Below, piece after piece: positions 29,871 through 38,822 of a stretch of DNA of 64,000 nucleotides. This stretch comes from a virus, in the IMG/VR virus record IMGVR_UViG_3300042914_002629, positions 6,945 to 70,944 of that record. One strand, 5' to 3'. The notes beneath the pieces were generated by a model. The model was given only the letters and a program-made list of their open reading frames with translations. It was not told the origin of the DNA and searched no databases. Position 1 is the first letter of the stretch, and each line of letters opens with the position of its first letter. The position numbers and the translations under genes are program-made.

Positions 29871-32282
29871 ATGGCAGGAATCCTCGAAAGCACCCTCCCC
29901 ACGGCCTCGACCGTGGATTGGTTCCGCGGGCTCAAGGGCAGCATCGGCGAAGACAGCGTCAAGATCGCGGTGGCCGATGCTGCCGACCAGATCGGCGAAG
30001 TGATGACCGTGATCATGCCGGATGGCACCACGGGCTTGCTCGGCGACCTGCTGCAACAGATCCGCACCGAGGGCGCCACGGGCCTCACCGGCGTGGCCAC
30101 CTATGCGGCCCTCATCTCGATCACCCCGGCCCCGGCGGCGGGCACGCTGGTGCAGGTCGGCAACGACCCCGACCCTAACAAGAATGGCACCTATCGCCGG
30201 GACGCGTCCGGCCCGAACGGCTGGGTACTCACGGCCGACAAGTATGCTCAGCTCCAGATCCAGGTGAACGCCATTGACCCGGCGAAATACTGGACGACCT
30301 TCAACCACACCGCGGCCTGGGTCACCATCGGCAGCCCAGCGACGCGCTTCACCATCACGAACGATGACAGCGGGTTCCGGGTGCAGGGCCTTGTGGGGCT
30401 GTCGAGCACCTGGCAGGTCGGCTTCCGGCTGCCCTACGCCATGGCGCCCGGCGACGTGTACGAGATGGAGGCTGTCTACGCCTCCGGAACCCTGAGCACC
30501 ACGGCGGGACCGTGGTTCGGCACCGACCCGGTCACCTCGGGCGACCTGAGCAGCAGCCGACGCACGGTCCCCTGGCGAAACGTGCCCAACTTCATGGGTC
30601 CGGCGGTGGTCAACGCCACCGGCGTCCAGATCGACGTGGCCTACACCACGGCGCCGAACCTGGCCAACGACGCCAACCCGTTTGTAAACGGGGACAGGCT
30701 GCGCATGAAGTGGTATGTCCGCGCCGATGGCAGCGTGGTGACCACCGTGTTCGTGAACGATGTCCCGAGCCGCAGCCCGCACACCATCACTCCGGCCCTG
30801 CCGGCCGGAAACCTGATCATCGGGGTCAACATCAATCCCGACACCGACGTGAAGATCACCAAATTCACCAAGGTGGGCTACACGGGCAACACCGTGTTCG
30901 TGGACAGCGCGACGGCGGTGGCCGGCAATGGCTCCTACGCCTGGCCGGCGAAGACCCTCTACGACGTGCCGAAGTGCATCAGCCTTCTCGGGCTCGGCGG
31001 CAAGACCATTAAGGTCCAGATCGTGAGCACCACGGTGAAGGGCTCCATGATGCTGGAGGACACGGTCTCCTACGATTGGACCGTGATCGGCATCCCCGGC
31101 GGCTGCACCACGGTGGACTGCGGCGAGGTGCGCAACGACTACACCCTTGAGGGCGGGTCGACCCGCGTCTATTCCGCCCCGAGCTACAACCACGGGCGCC
31201 TCGGAAACGTGGCCAATCAGGCGTTTTGGGTCGGCCAGGCCATCAACCCGCAGCCGTGGTTCACGCTGCCCGACACGCCCGCTGCCGCGCTGCCGAACAC
31301 CACCACCGTGGCGGCCCTGGACGCGATCACCACCGGCGGGTATTTCGCCTCGGGCGGGAAGAACTACTACCGCACCCCCAACACCATGGCGGCGAACCCC
31401 TTCACGGCCGGCGTCGTGGTGGCGATGTCGAGCTACGTGATCGAGGTTGTCGGCGCGCCGCGGATCACCCTGTGGAACCTCAAGCTGAAGCACGCTTCGC
31501 AGCACGTGTTCAAGGGCGCGCAGGGCGGTGGCACCATCAACAACTGCGGCGCCGAGTGGTCGGGCCTGGCCGGCGGCGGCAACAACGGCTGGGAAGACGA
31601 GAACGGCTCATACGTTTACAATAACTGCTGGGCCAAATACATCGCCAACGATGGCTTCGCCCGGTCGGTCAAGCCCGGCTTCATCTCCAGCAATGGCGGC
31701 GTCACCAAGACCGTTCTCAACAACTGCGAGTCCTCCCACACTTACATGGGCGATGGCTCTTCTCAGCACGAAGATGCCACCCTGCTGAACCGCAACCGGC
31801 TGGAAGTCAACGGCGGCTATTTCCACGACTGCTACAAGGGCGGCATCATCACCCAGGCCGACGTGTTCATGTTGGGCGTGGTGATCGAGCGGTGCGGTGC
31901 CCAGTGCTTCGGCATCGTGGCCGGGACGCTGCTGGCGACCGCGCGCACCTACACCGCGCGGGCCACCGACTGCACCTTCGACCCGCAGGGCGGCGACCCG
32001 GCGCTGTCCAGCTCGGTCTGCACGTGCGTCGACTCCCTCGGCCTCGGCGGGGCCAAGATCGACCTGGTGTTGGACCGCTGCACCTTCGGCATCCCTGGCC
32101 CAGCCGGCGGCGTCGAGGTGCGCTCGACCGCGCTGGTGGCGGGCTCCGGCCCCACCTCGCCGGTGGTGATCGGCGACACGGTGACCAAGTTGCGCGCTTG
32201 CAAGTCGGTTCGGGCCTCGCCGGTCTACAGTGATGGTGGCACCAGCACCATCACCAAGGTGACCACCTACGACATGGTCTAA
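29871..32282 (+). CDS. tailspike / receptor-binding protein with a probable parallel beta-helix
   Basis: VFVDSATAVAGNGSYAWPAKTL followed by Asn/Cys/Gly-rich repeats (NNC...NDGF, GDG). Confidence 0.7.
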   Translation: MAGILESTLPTASTVDWFRGLKGSIGEDSVKIAVADAADQIGEVMTVIMPDGTTGLLGDLLQQIRTEGATGLTGVATYAALISITPAPAAGTLVQVGNDPDPNKNGTYRRDASGPNGWVLTADKYAQLQIQVNAIDPAKYWTTFNHTAAWVTIGSPATRFTITNDDSGFRVQGLVGLSSTWQVGFRLPYAMAPGDVYEMEAVYASGTLSTTAGPWFGTDPVTSGDLSSSRRTVPWRNVPNFMGPAVVNATGVQIDVAYTTAPNLANDANPFVNGDRLRMKWYVRADGSVVTTVFVNDVPSRSPHTITPALPAGNLIIGVNINPDTDVKITKFTKVGYTGNTVFVDSATAVAGNGSYAWPAKTLYDVPKCISLLGLGGKTIKVQIVSTTVKGSMMLEDTVSYDWTVIGIPGGCTTVDCGEVRNDYTLEGGSTRVYSAPSYNHGRLGNVANQAFWVGQAINPQPWFTLPDTPAAALPNTTTVAALDAITTGGYFASGGKNYYRTPNTMAANPFTAGVVVAMSSYVIEVVGAPRITLWNLKLKHASQHVFKGAQGGGTINNCGAEWSGLAGGGNNGWEDENGSYVYNNCWAKYIANDGFARSVKPGFISSNGGVTKTVLNNCESSHTYMGDGSSQHEDATLLNRNRLEVNGGYFHDCYKGGIITQADVFMLGVVIERCGAQCFGIVAGTLLATARTYTARATDCTFDPQGGDPALSSSVCTCVDSLGLGGAKIDLVLDRCTFGIPGPAGGVEVRSTALVAGSGPTSPVVIGDTVTKLRACKSVRASPVYSDGGTSTITKVTTYDMV

Positions 32283-32332
32283 TGACAGCGGGAACTTATC
32301 GGGCTCGGGGGAGCTAAGGGGGAAGGCGCGGA

Positions 32333-32842
32333 ATGAGCAATGGAGATTGGGATATGCCGAACGGGGGACGCGAGCCCAACGGCTGGCCCGAGCCGGACAG
32401 GCGCAGCGGCATGGATCGCCGCGCGCCGCCCTCGGCCGGGTTCTTCGGGAACATGACCCTGTCCAGCACCTGGCCCATCATCGTGACGGCCGTGGTGCTG
32501 ATCGTGTGGGCGGTGGGCAACGCCAACACGTCGACGCGCACCAGTGTCGACCTGGCCGATTTCCGGAAGGATGTCACCTCCCAGCTCAAGGAGCAGAGCG
32601 GGACTCTGGCCACCATCCAGTCGCAGCTCAACCAGAAATTCCCCGCGATCGAGGCCGAGCAGAAGTCTCAAGGCGATCGGGTCACCCGGCTTGAGAAGGA
32701 AGCCGAGCAGACCGGCGACGACGCCGACAAGCTGGAGCGGCGGGTGTGGACCGCCGAGCAGTGGATCGCGGGAGTCGACGCGGCCAGCCGACCGGCCATG
32801 CCGACCCAACCCACAACGCGCCGCCAGGCGCCTGGGAGGTAG
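32333..32842 (+). CDS. single-TM coiled-coil protein (lysis region; possibly i-spanin-like)
   Basis: TM segment WPIIVTAVVLIVWAVG followed by a coiled coil. Confidence 0.6.
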   Translation: MSNGDWDMPNGGREPNGWPEPDRRSGMDRRAPPSAGFFGNMTLSSTWPIIVTAVVLIVWAVGNANTSTRTSVDLADFRKDVTSQLKEQSGTLATIQSQLNQKFPAIEAEQKSQGDRVTRLEKEAEQTGDDADKLERRVWTAEQWIAGVDAASRPAMPTQPTTRRQAPGR

Positions 32843-32844
32843 CC

Positions 32845-33171
32845 TTGCGCGTCGCCCTGATCGCCCTGCTGGCGCTGGCCGCTTGCAGCGACCCGATGCC
32901 GCCCACGCCAGACGCCTACCTGATGCCGCTGGAGATACCGGCGGGCCTCAAGAGCTGCCCGACCGGCCCGGCCGAGCCGCCCGAGCTGCCGCCGCTGCGA
33001 ACGGTCGACATGCTGTTGTCCAGCAACAAGGCACTGCGCGACGCCTACCGCGGCATGAAGGCGGCCCGCGGCGAGTGCTCGGGCGATGCCCGCGGCGCGG
33101 TGCGGTGGATCGGGGCGAACACCGTGCTTCCAGGCAAATCGCCCCTCTTCCTGAAAGGCAACGCACCATGA
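32845..33171 (+). CDS. Pro-rich lipoprotein (o-spanin-like)
   Basis: TTG start after GGAGG; lipobox LAAC; Pro-rich. Confidence 0.6.
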   Translation: MRVALIALLALAACSDPMPPTPDAYLMPLEIPAGLKSCPTGPAEPPELPPLRTVDMLLSSNKALRDAYRGMKAARGECSGDARGAVRWIGANTVLPGKSPLFLKGNAP

Positions 33172-33374
33172 CCATCAGCGTGAAGATCGAGAACACCATG
33201 GGGCCGACCCCGGCCGGCGCCGATGCCCGCAAGGTCAGGGTGACCTACGTCTACAAGGGCGCCCATGGCCATGCCGATCAGGTGTTGAAGCCGGACCTGG
33301 GGCCGGGTGAAAGCACCACGGTCCATATCCACACCGGGGCGGACATCCGGCTTGAAGAGGTGGACGCAGAATGA
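33168..33374 (+). CDS. small hypothetical protein
   Basis: GAAAGG RBS; ATGA overlaps at both ends. Confidence 0.6.
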   Translation: MTISVKIENTMGPTPAGADARKVRVTYVYKGAHGHADQVLKPDLGPGESTTVHIHTGADIRLEEVDAE

Positions 33375-34186
33375 TCCCCATGGGCTTTCGCGGCAAGGCC
33401 GAGGGCCGTTCCATCGGCATCTATGCCGACATCGCAGACAGCCTCGGCGCCGAGCCGGCGGCGGTTGAGGCCGTCGTGCTGGTGGAAGCCGGCGGGCGCG
33501 GGTTCCTGGCCGACAAGCGGCCCAAGATCCTGTTCGAGCGTCACAAATTCCACAAATTCACGGGCGGCCTCTACTCGGCCGATCACCCCGACATCAGCAA
33601 CAGCAAGGCGGGCGGCTACAAGGGCGGTGCGGCCGAATACGACCGGCTCGACCTGGCCATTGATCTTGACCGGGCCGCGGCCCTGCGCTCGGCGAGCTGG
33701 GGTCTGCCGCAGATCATGGGGTTCAACTCCAGCCCGGCCGGGTTCGACACGGTCGACGGGATGATCGAGGCGTTCTGCGCCAGCGAGGATGAGCAGCTTT
33801 GGGGCTTCTCGCGCTTCGTGAAGTCGATTGGCCTGGACGATGAGATCAGGGACAAGCGATGGACCGAATTTGCGGCCTACAACGGCACGGCCAACATCCC
33901 CGCCTATAGCCGCAAGCTGGTCGCCGCCTTCGCCGAGGTGATGCACCGGGCACACGATGAAGATATCCCGGCCGGACGCGCCGAGATCGCCGAGGCGCAA
34001 GCCATCCTCGTCCTTTTGGGCTACGATCCGCTGTCGGTGGATGGCTGGATGGGTCCGAAGACCGAAGCCGCCGTCCGCAAATTCCAGGGTGCCCACGGCC
34101 TCAAGGTGGATGGCGTGATCGGCACCAACACCCGCGCCGCCCTCTTCGGCGACGTGCCCAAGCCGGCGACACCGCCGGGCAACTAG
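33371..34186 (+). CDS. endolysin: N-acetylmuramidase (DUF3380-like) with a C-terminal peptidoglycan-binding domain
   Basis: VEAGGRGF, ILFERHKF, SASWGLPQIMGFN; DGWMGPKTEAAVRKFQ...DGVIG. Confidence 0.93.
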   Translation: MIPMGFRGKAEGRSIGIYADIADSLGAEPAAVEAVVLVEAGGRGFLADKRPKILFERHKFHKFTGGLYSADHPDISNSKAGGYKGGAAEYDRLDLAIDLDRAAALRSASWGLPQIMGFNSSPAGFDTVDGMIEAFCASEDEQLWGFSRFVKSIGLDDEIRDKRWTEFAAYNGTANIPAYSRKLVAAFAEVMHRAHDEDIPAGRAEIAEAQAILVLLGYDPLSVDGWMGPKTEAAVRKFQGAHGLKVDGVIGTNTRAALFGDVPKPATPPGN

Positions 34187-34195
34187 GAGGGGACC

Positions 34196-34843
34196 ATGCT
34201 CCTGAGAAAGACCGACCCCGACAGCCGCTTCGGCGTGCTGCTGTTCGCCTTCGCCACGGCCATGGCTGTGCTTCTGATGATCATCGGGCCTGCCTTCGCA
34301 CAGGAGATCGTGCCCACCGGAACGGTGCTGGTGCAGCAGGCGACGGCCGCGCCCTGGTGGCTGTCCTACGCCGAGCCCATCGTTGCGGCCATCGTGACGG
34401 CCGCGGTGGGCCTCATCGGCACCGCCGCGGCCTTCGCCATCAATTGGCTGCGCACGAACACCAGCATTGCGCTCGACCAGCAGAACGGCGCCGCCCTGCG
34501 CGCCACGGTCGAAAGCGCAGCGCGCAAGATGCTCATGGACCTGATCGCCAACTCCACGGACGGCAAGATCAAGCTGGCCGGCGACAGCCTGGTGGCGGCG
34601 GCCGAGTATGTGAACCACGCCGTTCCCGACGCGGTGGAGCACTTCCAAAAGACCCAGTCTCAGGTGGTCGACATGGTCAAGGGCGCGCTTCCCAAGGCGA
34701 TGGCCGAGACCGGCGTCCACGCCAACCTGGAAGATGCGGCGACCATCGCTGGCGGAACCACCCTGGTGGCGGGCGTGGTGGCCGATCTGGTGCCGATGGC
34801 CCCGCCCGCTGCGCCCGTGGCCCCGCCGGAGCCCTTGGCGTGA
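34196..34843 (+). CDS. putative holin / membrane protein
   Basis: Two N-terminal hydrophobic segments; follows endolysin; strong RBS. Confidence 0.6.
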   Translation: MLLRKTDPDSRFGVLLFAFATAMAVLLMIIGPAFAQEIVPTGTVLVQQATAAPWWLSYAEPIVAAIVTAAVGLIGTAAAFAINWLRTNTSIALDQQNGAALRATVESAARKMLMDLIANSTDGKIKLAGDSLVAAAEYVNHAVPDAVEHFQKTQSQVVDMVKGALPKAMAETGVHANLEDAATIAGGTTLVAGVVADLVPMAPPAAPVAPPEPLA

Positions 34844-35211
34844 TGCGCCGGGGGTTGCTGGCCCGAATGGGGGCAATCGCCCTCCTGGGCCTCCTGTGCG
34901 CGTGCGACAAGCCCGAGGCGCGGGTGTACGCGCTCCAGACCGCCTACACCGCGGCGATGGAGCCGGCGGCCGACTATGTCGAGCTACCCAGATGCGGCAC
35001 AGTCGCGGCGCGTCCGCCGCTGTGCAGCGACCCGGCCACGGTCGATCGCATCCAGGATGCGGTGCGGATCGCTTCGCCGGCCATGCGCGGCGCTCAGGCG
35101 GCCGTGAGGGCCGATCCCGAGGCGCGGGCTGTCTGGCCCTTCCTCGACGCGGCGCAGGCGGCCCTGGCCGCTCTGATCGCCGCCACACCGGAGAAGCCCG
35201 ATGGAACCTAA
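34843..35211 (+). CDS. lipoprotein
   Basis: Signal MRRGLLARMGAIALLGLLCAC ending in a lipobox. Confidence 0.65.
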   Translation: MRRGLLARMGAIALLGLLCACDKPEARVYALQTAYTAAMEPAADYVELPRCGTVAARPPLCSDPATVDRIQDAVRIASPAMRGAQAAVRADPEARAVWPFLDAAQAALAALIAATPEKPDGT

Positions 35212-35398
35212 CTCGGTACGCTACGCCGTGGCGCTGCTGGAGCTGATCGTCAAGGTGGCCGACACCGGCACCGAAGTGTTCGGGATGGCGACCAAGGCGC
35301 TGGAGCTGTTGCAGCGCCAGGGCGCGCCGACCGCGGCCGAATGGGAAGCCCTGAACGCCAAGACCAAGGCGCTGGAAGACCGCATCCTGAACGGCTGA
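35201..35398 (+). CDS. small hypothetical protein (last late gene)
   Basis: GGAG RBS; PTAAEWEALN motif. Confidence 0.65.
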   Translation: MEPNSVRYAVALLELIVKVADTGTEVFGMATKALELLQRQGAPTAAEWEALNAKTKALEDRILNG

Positions 35399-35410
35399 TC
35401 GTCGGACAGC

Positions 35411-35446
35411 AAAAGGGCCGGGCCTCTGATGAGCGCCCGGCCCTTT
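35411..35446. terminator. bidirectional rho-independent terminator
   Basis: AAAAGGGCCGGG...CCCGGCCCTTT stem with T-tracts on both strands. Confidence 0.75.
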
Positions 35447-35658
35447 CCGTTTGGAGGCACCCTAGGGGCCTCTCGATCGCGACCGTGGCGTCCGGCAGTT
35501 GGAAGCCACGGCGGCGATGTCGCCGCGTCCGGCGCTATGCCGTATTCAAGCCCGCACGCTGATCGGGCTTTACTACCGGCGGCGGGGCGGACGAACCGGC
35601 CCCCGCAACCCCCACCCCTAGCTGGGCAGGGCACTCCTGCGCCAAGCTGCGCAGGATC

Positions 35659-35738
35659 TGGAGGATAGGGGGCGGTTTGGCAATCCGCTTCTCGGCCGCT
35701 AGACCGTGTCCTGATGCCGCTTAGACGACACCCTATCC
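35659..35738 (-). ncRNA. degenerate tRNA-like element with an encoded CCA
   Basis: GGATAGGG/CCCTATCC-TCCA acceptor stem, GTC..GAC D-arm, non-canonical anticodon and T loops. Confidence 0.55.
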
Positions 35739-36329
35739 ACTCGGACACCCCATCGGGGTGAAACTCATGGCCCCCGCCTGCCTCGGGCGGTATTCGCTTA
35801 GAGCCGGCGGATCGCCGACCCCGGCACGGACTCGAACCGTGGTTGCGCTTGCTCTCGGCCAGCGACCGGTAACGCTCCGGCTTCCTCGTAGAGTGGGGCC
35901 GACAAGGGATCGGCCAGACTTCAATGCAATGTAGTCCGGGCCAGCATTCGGCCCCACTCGAACCCCGTCCCCAATCTCGAAAGAGGGCTTGCACCTCCAC
36001 CGGCGATGCGGCCCTGCCGTTTGCAACCGGCCTGGCCTACACACACCGCCTCTCCACGTCGCTGGTGCAGGGCCGTGGATGCCCATCGTTCCGCCAGCTC
36101 GGCGCCTCGGACTTCTCGGGGTCAGTCGCGAAGCATCCCACAGCCTCCCGCGCCTTCGTCCAGGGGGGACTAGACTTGGCGCTGGTGTGTCCCGAGGGGA
36201 TCAACTGCTAAATAATATTGTGAACCGACCCGGTCACACAAGGTGACGATTTCGTTTGTTTTGCTGCCGCAAACGGAACATATTCCCCGGCGATGGGTTC
36301 GCCTTGCTGGCGTCCATCGTGACCTAACT

Positions 36330-36353
36330 GAGGGGCCTCGCGGCCCCTCTTTT
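36330..36353. terminator. terminator-like hairpin
   Basis: GAGGGGCC-TCGC-GGCCCCTC followed by TTTT. Confidence 0.55.
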
Positions 36354-36354
36354 G

Positions 36355-36852
36355 TCACCTCCCCTTGAACAAGAAATCGTCGGCATCATCGCCCATCCAG
36401 TCGAACGGATCGGCGCTGTGATCGTGCGGCTTGGCCTTCCGGCGCCGACGCGGCGTGGCCAGGCTGCGGTTGCGGTTCCCCGCGTGGCGATTGCCGCTGT
36501 AGGCTTCCCAGCCCTTGCCTCCCTCGCGGACCTGCTCGCTGTGCATCACGCCCCACACCCGGAGGTAGGCGTCATGCAGCGGCTTGTCCTTCACGGAGTC
36601 CTTGAAGTTGCCATAGTCGATTTCGAGGATGCGATCCGCGATCACCTGGGCCACGATCCGACGCGGCAGCAGAGTCCGGAAGCGGTAGTCCCTGCCGCCA
36701 CCCTCTTCCACCGCTATGTGGTCGCCGAAGACCTTCTCCAGGTGGCCCTTGAGCCTGGCCCGCACGCACACCTTGTCTTCGCGATCGGCGACGCTGCCTG
36801 GCGTGGGCGCCACAACGGAAATGAAGGCGTCGTTGAAGAAAATCCACGCCAT
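36355..36852 (-). CDS. conserved phage hypothetical protein
   Basis: MAWIFFNDAFISVV..VRAR..DYRFR..IDYGNFK pattern; CGAAAGGGCAAA before ATG. Confidence 0.75.
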   Translation of the reverse strand: MAWIFFNDAFISVVAPTPGSVADREDKVCVRARLKGHLEKVFGDHIAVEEGGGRDYRFRTLLPRRIVAQVIADRILEIDYGNFKDSVKDKPLHDAYLRVWGVMHSEQVREGGKGWEAYSGNRHAGNRNRSLATPRRRRKAKPHDHSADPFDWMGDDADDFLFKGR

Positions 36853-36908
36853 AGCTTTGCCCTTTCGATTTGGAGATAGATGGGGCGGCCGGAGCCGCCC
36901 CGAGTAGA

Positions 36909-38093
36909 TCAGACCTTGGCCAGCATCTTGGCCAGGACCGCTTCGGCCTTCGTGCGGTCATCCTGGTGCGGGATCTTGCGAGCCCAGGCCGTGCCCGCGT
37001 TGAAGAGCTGCCAGAGGTTGCTGGGCGCGTCCAGCGCCTTGCCCTGGCCGTTCGGGTCGGTGCCCACGATGGCCTCGGCGGTCTTGACCGGGAACTTCAG
37101 CCGCTCATGGAGCAGCTTCACCTGATCGGCCTTGCGCTCGGCATTGTCGCCCGTGAACTTCACACCCTTGGCGGCCAGCACCTTGGCCACCACCGGAGCC
37201 GCGGCCGAGTTGGTGAAGGATGCCAGGGCCGGCGGCGCCAGCTCGGCGAACTTCTCAGGGGCGAAATTGCTGTGGCGGATGGTCAGCTCCGACACGTCTT
37301 CCACGCCCCACAGGTTGCGGTTCTGGCACACGCCACGGAGCATCATGGTCTTGAGCGAGAACTTGGCCGACCCGGTCTCGCTGTTGCGGAGCATGAAGCC
37401 CCGGAACATCAGGTCGGGCGACCCGTCGTCCAGCAAGCCAACCTCGATCGGGTTGCGATCATCGCAGAGGAAGATGCACACGTCGCGGTCGGAGGCGTAG
37501 AGGGTGGTGCCTTCCTTCGTGACCGGCGTCTCGGGATCGTAGTTCACGGTGCCATTGGCGTTCAGGCTGCCCCAATCGATCGTGCCCGGCACCTTCCAGC
37601 GGTCATCATGGCCGATCATGGCGATCACCTGATCCACCACCTCATGATCGAGGATGCGGCCGTAGCTCGGGCTGGTCAGAGCGCGCAGATAGCTCGACCC
37701 ATCGGCCCGATGGTAGGCCATCAGCTTCTCCGGCGCCGCGTGCATCAGGCCGTGCTGGAGGTTGATGGCAGCCAGCGCCGCCGGGATGCGGCGAAGGTAG
37801 CCGGCCGGCGCTTCGGCCTTCTGGGCGAGCTGGTCGAATGACCAGTGGGTCATGGAGAGCTGGGAGTCGATCCCCTCGATCTGGAGGGCGATCCGCTGGG
37901 CATCCTGGGGGTTGGCCAGCACACGCACATCGCGGCTTTCCACCACGGTGGCGAGGGACTGATCGGCCCACAGCTTCACCTGATCGCGCAGGTCGGTCAG
38001 GTTCAGGAACCGCTGGTCATCCGGGCGGCTCATCCACTGTGCGGAGAGCGACCCATCCAGATGGCCCTTGGAGGTGGCTGCGGTGGCGTACAT
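36909..38093 (-). CDS. DUF932-family protein
   Basis: WMSRPDDQRF, LYASDRDV, FRGF..RNSETG, LRGVCQNRNLWG motifs. Confidence 0.85.
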   Translation of the reverse strand: MYATAATSKGHLDGSLSAQWMSRPDDQRFLNLTDLRDQVKLWADQSLATVVESRDVRVLANPQDAQRIALQIEGIDSQLSMTHWSFDQLAQKAEAPAGYLRRIPAALAAINLQHGLMHAAPEKLMAYHRADGSSYLRALTSPSYGRILDHEVVDQVIAMIGHDDRWKVPGTIDWGSLNANGTVNYDPETPVTKEGTTLYASDRDVCIFLCDDRNPIEVGLLDDGSPDLMFRGFMLRNSETGSAKFSLKTMMLRGVCQNRNLWGVEDVSELTIRHSNFAPEKFAELAPPALASFTNSAAAPVVAKVLAAKGVKFTGDNAERKADQVKLLHERLKFPVKTAEAIVGTDPNGQGKALDAPSNLWQLFNAGTAWARKIPHQDDRTKAEAVLAKMLAKV

Positions 38094-38136
38094 GTCGTGA
38101 CCCTTTCGGTTTTGGCTGCCGGGACAGGTTCGTCCC

Positions 38137-38179
38137 TCTTCACAATTGTGAAGATAGGCGCCTCGACAGCCTGGGTCAA
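38137..38179 (-). promoter_or_regulatory. sigma70-like promoter TTGACC-N17-TATCTT with a perfect 18-bp palindrome TCTTCACAATTGTGAAGA
   Basis: -35 at 38174-38179, -10 at 38151-38156, palindrome at 38137-38154, A-rich tract upstream. Confidence 0.78.
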
Positions 38180-38191
38180 CATTTATTTTTC

Positions 38192-38413
38192 TTAAACAGA
38201 CTCCTTCGCGCGCTCCTGCTGCCGATCATCTTCGTGGCGCCACCCGCGCATCCAATCGTTGCGGGCGCGCGTGCCCTCGGCGTGCGTGCAGGCGTCGCGG
38301 CCGAGCCCGGCGCGCCTGGCGAACTTCCCCGTGTCGTGATCATCCTTGCGGATGTCGTGGTAGAGGGACTCGTATGTCCGGAAATCTTCGCTCACGACAG
38401 CACCGCGGACCAC
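38192..38413 (-). CDS. Rmf/CrpP-like small protein
   Basis: GKFARRAGLGRDAC...RNDWMRGW pattern. Confidence 0.55.
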   Translation of the reverse strand: MVRGAVVSEDFRTYESLYHDIRKDDHDTGKFARRAGLGRDACTHAEGTRARNDWMRGWRHEDDRQQERAKESV

Positions 38414-38525
38414 ACGATGATGACCGCCAGAAGCATCCCCATGATGAGGGCGCCGACGATGATGTCGGCCCAGTCTTCGGCGCGGTAGTCGCGGACAGCT
38501 TCGATCAGCTCAACCATGATCTTTA

Positions 38526-38822
38526 TCATCCTTCAACGGGGATCATCACTCGCACGTCCATGTAGTCCGGCGGGGATAGGGTGATGGTGTAGGCGGTCAG
38601 GTCCGCGTGCTCGATCGCCAGCCGGAAGTTTTCGGTCAGGGTGCCGAAGCAAATGCGCCTGTCGCCCTCGGACAGCAGGTAGATGCCCGGCACCAGCTCT
38701 TCGCTGGCCCGGAGCTGGGCGCCCTCCATGATGGCCTCCAGCAGCGTGAGGCCAGGCAGCGGCGCGGGCTTGGGCAACGGCAGCTCATCCATGCTGGCGT
38801 CGGCCTTGGCTGTCTTAGCCAT
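38526..38822 (-). CDS. hypothetical protein
   Basis: GGAG RBS; overlaps the upstream stop. Confidence 0.55.
   Translation of the reverse strand: MAKTAKADASMDELPLPKPAPLPGLTLLEAIMEGAQLRASEELVPGIYLLSEGDRRICFGTLTENFRLAIEHADLTAYTITLSPPDYMDVRVMIPVEG

Larger units (their letters stand above)
35410..36210 (-). ncRNA. candidate large (~800 nt) structured non-coding RNA with tRNA-like modules
   Basis: No credible CDS; many GC stems, TTCGAGT and TGCAAGC T-loop hairpins, a GUAGUA/GAAUAC loop-E motif; flanked by a promoter-like AT tract and a terminator. Confidence 0.6.

Noticed and set aside
14809-35188. Long antisense ORFs over structural genes (14809-16911, 19402-22044, 29853-31505, 33278-35188)
   Set aside because: Shadow ORFs of well-supported plus-strand genes.
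35690-35710. CTA in the tRNA-like anticodon arm read as an amber suppressor or recoding signal
   Set aside because: The loop is not a 7-nt canonical anticodon loop, and TAG is used as a normal stop (e.g. endolysin at 34186).
35816-36123. Classical tmRNA
   Set aside because: No GGGG 5' end with a G3:U70 pair, no CCA after the stem and no recognisable tag ORF; kept only as a tRNA-like domain.
35221-36246. ORFs of 73-259 aa in the structured region
   Set aside because: Arg/Pro/Gly-rich translations without RBS or operon coupling; the pattern fits structured RNA better.
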